DNA of 64,000 nucleotides from Candidatus Saccharimonadia bacterium (GTDB lineage Bacteria; Patescibacteriota; Saccharimonadia; UBA4664): NCBI GenBank assembly GCA_035479295.1, contig DATIIV010000012.1, positions 65,010 to 129,009 of the forward strand, read 5' to 3'. Shown piece by piece: positions 53,845 to 64,000 of this stretch (position 1 is its first letter; each line of letters starts with the position of its first letter). The notes under the pieces were generated by a model. It saw only the letters and a program-made list of their open reading frames with translations, ran no database searches and was not told where the DNA came from. The position numbers and the translations under genes were made by a program.

Positions 53845-56013
53845 ATGGATTATCGGGCATTACTTCTATTTTTAGTAACGGCTGCGAATCTTTTCCTGGG
53901 TCTTGCCGTTTACTTTCGCAATCCTCGCAATCGCCAGTATATCTATTATTTTGCTTTTGCCTCATCGATAGCGCTCTGGACCTTAACCAACGGGCTCTAT
54001 CAGATTTTCCCGCCGCGCCTCCTTTTATCGATGGCGCTTTTGAGCTATGCCAGTGCCATCCTTATGGCCACCTTTTTCCTGCTGTTTAACCGTGAGTTTA
54101 CCAAAATTAAGCTAGGTCCTGACTGGCTGATCCTGCTTGTGGGCGGCCTAATGGCCTTAGTCGCGCTCAAACCTGGCGTACTAGCCTCCTCGATCGCTGC
54201 TGATCGCTCCATTGTTACTACTCCGGGAATCGCTGTTATGGCCATCTTGCTGGTTGGGTTTCTGTCGTGGGGCTTATTACTGTTGGTTGCATCGTTGCGC
54301 CGAGCTCGAGGCTTAGTCCGCACTCAGCTGCAGTTTATGTTGGCTGGTATGACAACTGCCGCCTTAATGGGGGTGCTATTTAACTTAGCACTACCGGTAA
54401 TGGGCCATATTTATACCTATGTTTATCTCGGCCCCGACTTCACGACTTTTTACGTCGCTGCCATTGCCTACAGCGTTATTCGGCAGCGTCTCTTTAACTT
54501 ACGGGTAGCTATTGCTCGGACGATAGCGTATCTTTTGGTCTTAACGGCTATGGCTGGCATGTACATTGCGGCTATTTTAAGTATAACTTCATACTTCTTG
54601 CCGTCGGGTCGGATCTCTGGCAGCCAAAATCTGATCTCGACCGTCGTAGCGATTGTACTGGTTTTCACCTTCCAACCCCTCCGCCGCTTCTTTGAGCGCG
54701 TTACCGACAGTGTGTTTTATCGTGATCGGTACGATTCGCAGGTGGTGTTGAATGAGTTCAGCAAGGTGCTGGTGTCGGAGCTGGATCTGGATCGGATTCT
54801 GCGCCGCAGCCTCAGTCAGCTGTGCCGCGACGTGCACATTCAGTTTGGGCAGCTGGTGATCTTTAATCAGGACCGAGTGTACCGGGTGGAGCACTTTGGG
54901 CCGCTGCCCAAGCGGCTGATGGTGGCGCCGGAGCTGCGGCGGCTGGATGAGTCGCTGCTGGTGGCCGATGAGCTTGAGGCCGGCGAGCGCAAGACCATCA
55001 TGGACGAGCACGCCGTGCGTGTATCGGTGCGGCTGGCCACCCGCGATGAGTTCGTGGGCTACCTGCTGCTGGGCGATAAGCTGTCGGGCGATATTTACTC
55101 CAACCAAGACATTGAGCTGCTGGAGATTATCGGTAAGGAGCTGGCCGTGGCGATTCTGAATGCCAAGGCCTATGCCGAGATCGAGGCTTTTAACCGCACA
55201 CTGCAGGAGCGGGTCGATCACGCCACCAATCGACTGCGCGTGGCTAACCGCCACCTCAAAGAGCTTGATAAAGCCAAAGATGAGTTTATTAGCATGGCCT
55301 CGCACCAGCTGCGCACGCCGCTCACTACCATTAAGGGCTATCTGAGCATGATGCTGGAGGGCGATGCCGGGCGTCTCACCGCCGCCCAGAAGCAGTTTGC
55401 CGGCTACGCTTTTAGCTCGTCGGAGCGCATGGTTAACCTCATCTCCGACCTGCTTAATGTAAGCCGCCTAAGTGCCGGCCGTTTTCTGATTCAAACCAAG
55501 CCCACCGATATGGTGGCGATGGTGGCCGACGAGGTGCGTCAGCTGCAGAGCCATGCCGCGGCTAAGCACATTAGCCTCATCTTTGAGCAGCCACCAGCTG
55601 ACTTTCCGCTGGTGGAGATCGATGAGAACAAGACGCGCCAAGTCATCATGAACTTTATCGACAACGCCATTTACTACACCCAGACCGGCAGCGTGCGGGT
55701 GCGGCTTACCTTGGCCGGGCCGATCGTGCGGCTCGAGGTCATCGACACTGGCATTGGCGTGCCAGCAGCCGAGAAGCGCCACCTGTTCACCAAATTTTAC
55801 CGGGCCGAGAATGCCCAGGTGGTGCGGCCAGACGGTACCGGTCTAGGTCTGTATTTGGCCAAACGAGTGGTGGAAGATCAAGATGGTACAATACTATTTA
55901 GTAGCACCGAAGGCAAGGGTTCGGTGTTTGGATTTGAGCTACCGATTAAGCCCCGCCACAAGTCGGCGCCCAAATCGGCCAACGATAAGCAGAAGGAAAA
56001 CCAGCATGGCTAA
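53845..56013 (+). CDS. PrsK-like sensor histidine kinase (multi-TM N-terminus, GAF-like, HisKA, HATPase_c), cassette B
   Basis: H-box ISMASHQLRTPLT, N-box IDNAIYYT, DTGIGV, GTGLGL. Paralog of 34759-36987. Confidence 0.8.
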   Translation: MDYRALLLFLVTAANLFLGLAVYFRNPRNRQYIYYFAFASSIALWTLTNGLYQIFPPRLLLSMALLSYASAILMATFFLLFNREFTKIKLGPDWLILLVGGLMALVALKPGVLASSIAADRSIVTTPGIAVMAILLVGFLSWGLLLLVASLRRARGLVRTQLQFMLAGMTTAALMGVLFNLALPVMGHIYTYVYLGPDFTTFYVAAIAYSVIRQRLFNLRVAIARTIAYLLVLTAMAGMYIAAILSITSYFLPSGRISGSQNLISTVVAIVLVFTFQPLRRFFERVTDSVFYRDRYDSQVVLNEFSKVLVSELDLDRILRRSLSQLCRDVHIQFGQLVIFNQDRVYRVEHFGPLPKRLMVAPELRRLDESLLVADELEAGERKTIMDEHAVRVSVRLATRDEFVGYLLLGDKLSGDIYSNQDIELLEIIGKELAVAILNAKAYAEIEAFNRTLQERVDHATNRLRVANRHLKELDKAKDEFISMASHQLRTPLTTIKGYLSMMLEGDAGRLTAAQKQFAGYAFSSSERMVNLISDLLNVSRLSAGRFLIQTKPTDMVAMVADEVRQLQSHAAAKHISLIFEQPPADFPLVEIDENKTRQVIMNFIDNAIYYTQTGSVRVRLTLAGPIVRLEVIDTGIGVPAAEKRHLFTKFYRAENAQVVRPDGTGLGLYLAKRVVEDQDGTILFSSTEGKGSVFGFELPIKPRHKSAPKSANDKQKENQHG

Positions 56014-56455
56014 CACTGATACCGCCCATCAACCGGCCCAGCTGGGGGCCGGCAAGATCATCTTAATCGCCGAGGACGATCCGTTTATTTCGCGCATGTA
56101 CGAGATCAAACTGCAGGGCGCTGGCTTTACGGTTATCGTTAAGAATAATGGTCGCGACGCCTTTGAGGCTATTAAGTCTGAGCATCCGAGCCTGGCCGTC
56201 CTCGACATTAATATGCCCGAGCTGAGCGGTCTTGAGGTATTATCGGCACTACAGAGCGACGGCTTTGATCTGACGACCATGCCGGTAATCGTGCTAACCA
56301 ATTCGTCGGAGCTGTCGGATCGCAAAAAGGCGCTCAGCTACGGCGCCGAGTACCTGGTAAAGGCCGAGCTCACGCCGCGCGAGGTGCTTAATATGATCGA
56401 CGCCAAGCTCGGCCTCGACCCTGGCGACAGCGAGGCTAAGCCGGCCGATGCTTAG
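56007..56455 (+). CDS. Stand-alone response regulator receiver, translationally coupled to the kinase
   Basis: ATG at 56007 overlaps the kinase stop (ATGGCTAA). ILIAEDD ... LAVLDINMP ... VIVLTN ... K. Confidence 0.8.
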
Positions 56456-56627
56456 CGCACTGCTCTTGGCGGTGGTGGTCTTCGCGGCCAGTTTTGTAGC
56501 CTTAATGGCCGTCGAAAAGCTGATTCACCGCTGGACCTACAACCCCGACCGGAGTTATCGCTGGGGCGTGTGGCTGTTCTCGAGTTTATTCGCAGTTTAT
56601 GCGTTTGTGACGGCGTTAGGCCGGTAA
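56448..56627 (+). CDS. Possible 59-aa two-TM membrane micro-protein coupled to the receiver gene
   Basis: ATG overlaps the receiver stop (GATGCTTAG). Translates as MLSALLLAVVVFAASFVALMAVEKLIHRWTYNPDRSYRWGVWLFSSLFAVYAFVTALGR. Not in the ORF track because it is under 60 aa. Confidence 0.3.
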   Translation: MLSALLLAVVVFAASFVALMAVEKLIHRWTYNPDRSYRWGVWLFSSLFAVYAFVTALGR

Positions 56628-56678
56628 GGTTAACTCCGTTTTATAGCTAGCAGCCTGAATCTCAAAACCCCTCGTCTC

Positions 56679-56765
56679 GGCGCTTCCTGCCTTATAGTTC
56701 TCCCGTGAGGACTGTCTGAGCAAAGCGAGTTTCCGCAACGGGAGAACTATAAGGCAGGAAGCGCC
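56679..56765. repeat. Perfect 28-bp inverted repeat separated by a 31-nt loop
   Basis: GGCGCTTCCTGCCTTATAGTTCTCCCGT ... ACGGGAGAACTATAAGGCAGGAAGCGCC. Confidence 0.7.
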
Positions 56766-56807
56766 TGGAACTAGGCAGAAGTGGTTTGAGGCTCAGATCT
56801 AGCAGTA

Positions 56808-56842
56808 TTGACTTAAGCATACATTAAACATACAATGTATGT
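56808..56842 (+). promoter_or_regulatory. Near-consensus promoter with overlapping palindromic operator for the toxin-antitoxin operon
   Basis: TTGACT, 17 nt spacer, TACAAT. The palindrome ACATACaatGTATGT (56828-56842) overlaps the -10 element. ATG at 56846. Confidence 0.55.
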
Positions 56843-56845
56843 ATT

Positions 56846-57130
56846 ATGAGTAATGTTCTATTAACCATCAAAACCGATCCAGATACTAAAGAGCAGCTCA
56901 AGGCCTTTGCGGCAGAGCTGGGCGTATCAAGTACGGCTTTTGTAAATATGGTTGTAAAGCAGGCGCTTCGTGATCGTCGCGTGGTGCTAAGCACCGACCT
57001 GGAGCCAACAGCCTACTTAGAAGACATCATGCGCCAGGCCGAGGCAGATTACCTGGTTGACCGCGACATCACCCACACCAAGGGGAACCGAGACACTCTA
57101 TCGCATTTAGATAGTCTTATGAGCAAGTAG
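56846..57130 (+). CDS. RelB/DinJ-family antitoxin
   Basis: 94 aa. Pattern LLTIKTDPDTKEQLKAFAAELGVSSTAFVNMVVKQAL is RelB/DinJ-like. The toxin gene starts 1 nt after its stop. Confidence 0.6.
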   Translation: MSNVLLTIKTDPDTKEQLKAFAAELGVSSTAFVNMVVKQALRDRRVVLSTDLEPTAYLEDIMRQAEADYLVDRDITHTKGNRDTLSHLDSLMSK

Positions 57131-57131
57131 C

Positions 57132-57392
57132 TTGAAGGTCGATTTTACTAAGTCGTTCGATAAGCAATTTACAAAGCTGACGCATAAGCGCCAAGAACAG
57201 GCCAAAGCGGCCGTCGCATTGTTTTTGCACGATGCCCTGCACCCGGTATTGCGCAATCACGCCCTAAGAGGCGAGTGGAAAGGCTACCACAGTATTAGTG
57301 CTGGTGGTGATCTACGCTTGCATTTTAAGATGGTCGACGAGAATACGGCGTTATTTGTGGCAGCAGGAAGCCATAGTCAACTTTATAAATAG
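57132..57392 (+). CDS. YafQ/RelE-family toxin
   Basis: 86 aa. KVDFTKSFDKQFTKL ... HALRGEWKGYHSISAGGDLRLHF is the YafQ/RelE pattern. Low-GC locus. Confidence 0.6.
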   Translation: MKVDFTKSFDKQFTKLTHKRQEQAKAAVALFLHDALHPVLRNHALRGEWKGYHSISAGGDLRLHFKMVDENTALFVAAGSHSQLYK

Positions 57393-57419
57393 CAGGTCTA
57401 CCTTATACTTATTTAGAGC

Positions 57420-58460
57420 TTACGGCAGACTAAGCGTGTCGCGAAGGCGCCGCAAGGTGTAGGGCTGGCCGGGCAGCTGATATTGGCCTGGTGCGGTAGT
57501 AACGGCCGTAGCGTAGCCGGCCTCTTGCACGATCTGGATGGTGGTGGCGTTGTAGTTGCCGTAGGGGTAGGCAAAGTCGCGGATGGGGTGGCCGAGCTCT
57601 TGCTCGAGCTGAGTCTTGGAGTCGATAATCTCGTGGCGCTGGTCGTCGGCGCTGAGGCTCGCCAGATTGGGGTGGTCCAGGGTGTGGCCGCCAATGGTAA
57701 TGAGCCCCGAGCGATCGAGCGTACGTACCTGATCCCAGCTCAGGTAGGCGTCGCCACAGCCACCCGGCGGTTGGACGGGATCGTTGTAGCGGCGGCCCGC
57801 GCCGATACACCAATTGCTCTTAGCGCCTCCATTAATGATGTAGTAAGTGGCCCTCATATGGTGCTGCTGCAACAAGGTAAAGGCTTGCATCTGGTTGGCA
57901 AAGCCATCGTCGAAGGTTAGGACGACGGGCTTGGCCGGCAGCAAATTGTTGCCAGCCAGCGCCGCTGCCACCTGGTCGAGGCCAATGGTGGTGTAGCCGT
58001 GCTGCTCCAGGTACTCCAGCTGCTGCTCGAAGTTGGGCGGGGTATAGTGATAGAGCACGATGGGGATGAAGAGCTCGCCGGCTACCGCGGATGCAGACGA
58101 GTTCGGGATGGGCCCCTTAACGGCTTCGTTAGCGGCATCGGTGAGCCGGTTGTTCCACTGCGTGAGCGAAGCTCGTAGCGAAGCAATGGATTGCTGAGCA
58201 GCGGTAAATCGACCTTGCGCAAGGTCTAATTGAATGCTGGCCAGGGTGCTACTAAGAGTTTTGGGACTTACGAGTTCCAGATGAGCCTTGGTCTGGCGGG
58301 CCTCGAAGTCTTTGACCGCTCGAGTAGCGGCGCCGAGCGAGACCCGCAGCGCATGCGGCGCCTGTGATGGGCCGGCGACTGCATCGGGGGCGGGCAGCGT
58401 TAGCGCCACCATGGCGCCACTACCCAGCAGGGCCAACCCGACTAAGCTAAAACATATCAT
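57420..58460 (-). CDS. Secreted polysaccharide deacetylase (NodB/CE4 domain) with N-terminal coiled region
   Basis: LTFDDGF motif plus the H..H region. Signal-like MICFSLVGLALLGSGAMVALT. Start 58460 or 58505. Confidence 0.7.
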   Translation of the reverse strand: MICFSLVGLALLGSGAMVALTLPAPDAVAGPSQAPHALRVSLGAATRAVKDFEARQTKAHLELVSPKTLSSTLASIQLDLAQGRFTAAQQSIASLRASLTQWNNRLTDAANEAVKGPIPNSSASAVAGELFIPIVLYHYTPPNFEQQLEYLEQHGYTTIGLDQVAAALAGNNLLPAKPVVLTFDDGFANQMQAFTLLQQHHMRATYYIINGGAKSNWCIGAGRRYNDPVQPPGGCGDAYLSWDQVRTLDRSGLITIGGHTLDHPNLASLSADDQRHEIIDSKTQLEQELGHPIRDFAYPYGNYNATTIQIVQEAGYATAVTTAPGQYQLPGQPYTLRRLRDTLSLP

Positions 58461-58514
58461 TTTTTTGGCCCGCCCTAAGCTAAGGCCGCGCAACGAAAAG
58501 CCCATTGAATTCCA

Positions 58515-59069
58515 TTATAGGGCGTGCGAGCTAGGCGTGGCAACGCTTGGTGCGGTACTAATGGCCTGCAGGTGCCGCCGCCACTCCAGGTAAACCAGCC
58601 AGGCCACGATGGCGTCAAAGCCGGTTAGCAGGGCTAGCCCCAGCGAGTGGTCGTAGCCGACCCGGTAGGCCTGATAGGCAATAAAGAGCAGCAGAAAGCC
58701 AATCGCCCAAGGATACAGATGATAATGCTGGCGCAATAGCGCAATGGCCAGGCCGAGCTTTATGGCGCCGTGGCCCAGTAGGTACAGGGCCGCTAGCAGC
58801 GCAAAACCCGGCGTCAAATGATTGTCGAGCGCCGTAATAGCCTGAGCGATAAAAGCGTGGTGGTCGTCGGCCAGCTCGTAAATGGCCAGCCCAGCCCAGC
58901 CGTGCAGCTTGCTAATGGGCACGATGAGCAGAAACAGGCCACCCATCATCTCGATGAGGCCGTCGAAGCCCTTGATGGCTACCGCGATGCGGAAGAGCCA
59001 GTCGAGCACGGGTTGTGGTATCAGGCGTTTCACAGCTAATAGCTTAGCGGTTGTTGCCGGATTACTCAA
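58515..59069 (-). CDS. DUF2127-like 4-TM membrane protein
   Basis: 184 aa with four TM helices. The pattern resembles DUF2127 as I recall it. Confidence 0.4.
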   Translation of the reverse strand: MSNPATTAKLLAVKRLIPQPVLDWLFRIAVAIKGFDGLIEMMGGLFLLIVPISKLHGWAGLAIYELADDHHAFIAQAITALDNHLTPGFALLAALYLLGHGAIKLGLAIALLRQHYHLYPWAIGFLLLFIAYQAYRVGYDHSLGLALLTGFDAIVAWLVYLEWRRHLQAISTAPSVATPSSHAL

Positions 59070-59150
59070 GGCGGAGTAGACTAGAGGGCGTCCTTTGCGA
59101 CTGCGCAGAGGGCTTTCGTTCCCTTACGTTCGCCAAAGTTGGGATGAATT

Positions 59151-59342
59151 GTGGGTTTAGGTGAGTTCATCACGGGAGCCAGAAAGGTCGTTCAGGCAGT
59201 GAACGGCGGGACTGGCGGCGGTGATGCTAAGGACGAATGTGTCGTCTGCGGCAAGCAGATTCGCAAGCACCGTAAGATGACCGGCGAAGGCCGCGTCTGC
59301 TCTGTGGCCTGCGCGCACTTTTGGGTTGAGAACATGAGCTAA
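59151..59342 (+). CDS. Possible small Cys4 zinc-ribbon protein
   Basis: GTG start. CVVCGK ... CSVAC gives a C-x2-C ... C-x3-C arrangement. Weak RBS. Confidence 0.3.
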   Translation: MGLGEFITGARKVVQAVNGGTGGGDAKDECVVCGKQIRKHRKMTGEGRVCSVACAHFWVENMS

Positions 59343-59450
59343 CCTTTGCCGGGCGCTTCGCCGCGCAGCCTCATAGCCGCTCGCTCCACCGGCTTCGCCC
59401 TAGTATCAGATTCTGATTCGATATTGAGGCGAGGTCGATCGAGTTCTAAG

Positions 59451-59864
59451 CTATCGACTGCGGTGGTGCCGCTTGAGCCGGGCGACGCCCAGACGGACTT
59501 CCTGGCGGTCGATGAGCTCCTCGGCGCGCTGCAGGGCGTGCTTGTCTTTGGCCTTGGCCTTGAGGTCGCGCGCCTTGGTGAGTGCGGCTTGGATCTCTGA
59601 CTCGATCAGCTCATCGGCGTGCTCGGCTTCGTCGGCCAGCAGGCGCACACGGTCGGGGTTGACCTCCAACAGGCCGCCAAAAATGGCAAACAGCTCGGCC
59701 TGGCCGTGCCGCGGGCGAATAATAACGGGGCCCGCCAGCACTATGCTGGTGAGCGGTTCGTGGTGGGGCAGCACGCCGATCTGGCCGGCGGCCGTGCGCA
59801 GACTCACCTCGGCAATCTCGCCGTGGTACTTGGCGCCGGTGAGCGTGAGTAGCTCGAACTGCAC
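59451..59864 (-). CDS. atpC: F1 ATP synthase epsilon subunit
   Basis: Sits directly downstream of atpD. N-terminal beta-sandwich plus C-terminal helical hairpin. The sequence LLEVNPDRVRLLADEAE is typical. Confidence 0.8.
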   Translation of the reverse strand: MQFELLTLTGAKYHGEIAEVSLRTAAGQIGVLPHHEPLTSIVLAGPVIIRPRHGQAELFAIFGGLLEVNPDRVRLLADEAEHADELIESEIQAALTKARDLKAKAKDKHALQRAEELIDRQEVRLGVARLKRHHRSR

Positions 59865-59865
59865 G

Positions 59866-62126
<2,261 letters not shown>

Positions 62127-62128
62127 GG

Positions 62129-63672
<1,544 letters not shown>

Positions 63673-63676
<4 letters not shown>

Positions 63677-64000
63677 GCGTCAACTCCTTCAACTAACTTT
63701 GCCAGCCGGTGACGTACCGTAGCGTCGAGTTCGGCGGTGGGGATTTCGAGACGGACGCCACCGATGACGGCCGGCTCCACTAAGGCCTCGAGCTCGAGCT
63801 CGCGAGCGCCGGTGGCCTGACGCAAAAACGCCTCCACGGAGCCGCGCACCGTGGTCGAGAGCGGCCGGGCCGTGGTAACGCGAGCGTAAACGTAGCCGCG
63901 CTCCGCCAGCACTTTGGCGACATCGCGGGCCAGGTAGCTAGCCTGGCGCGGCCGGCCGCAGCTCACCAACCAAGCAGCCGCCGACTGTACGGCGGCCGGC
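63673..64000 (-). CDS. atpH: F1 ATP synthase delta subunit (OSCP), partial; N-terminus beyond window
   Basis: Overlaps the atpA start by 4 nt. C-terminal delta-like sequence. Confidence 0.55.

Overview
High-GC (about 62-65%) bacterial chromosomal segment, densely coded, with sharp GC-rich hairpin terminators between convergent genes and lower-GC (about 50%) patches. I can place it no more precisely than a high-GC bacterium with secreted PT-linker enzymes.

Recognisable content: tRNA-Arg and tRNA-Lys; a VOC plus class-II UvrA pair; a MacB-type ABC exporter; an ECF sigma factor with a candidate anti-sigma partner; a GluR0-like ligand-gated channel; an RRM RNA-binding protein; a secreted S33 peptidase; a GH5-Fn3 glycanase; glucose-6-phosphate dehydrogenase; type II NADH dehydrogenase; FolD; a P-type ATPase; two MFS transporters; a RelB/YafQ-type toxin-antitoxin pair; and the F1 ATP synthase genes atpH-A-G-D-C on the minus strand.

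The most unusual feature is a pair of paralogous, compositionally distinct cassettes (34.0-38.7 kb and 51.9-56.6 kb). Each pairs a LuxI / N-acyl-amino-acid-synthase-like GNAT enzyme with a PrsK-like multi-TM GAF histidine kinase and stand-alone CheY-type receiver proteins. One cassette also carries an AdoMetDC-fold protein with a non-canonical processing motif; the other carries a PlsC-like acyltransferase. I read these as candidate N-acyl small-molecule signalling systems.

Nearby are tandem multi-HTH LuxR-like paralogs, two direct-repeat intracellular papain-like peptidase genes, tandem 7-TM membrane paralogs, and a secreted triple-repeat Cys-pair protein.

I saw no CRISPR array, transposase or integrase. 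Five single-domain response regulators occur in the window, none with an output domain.
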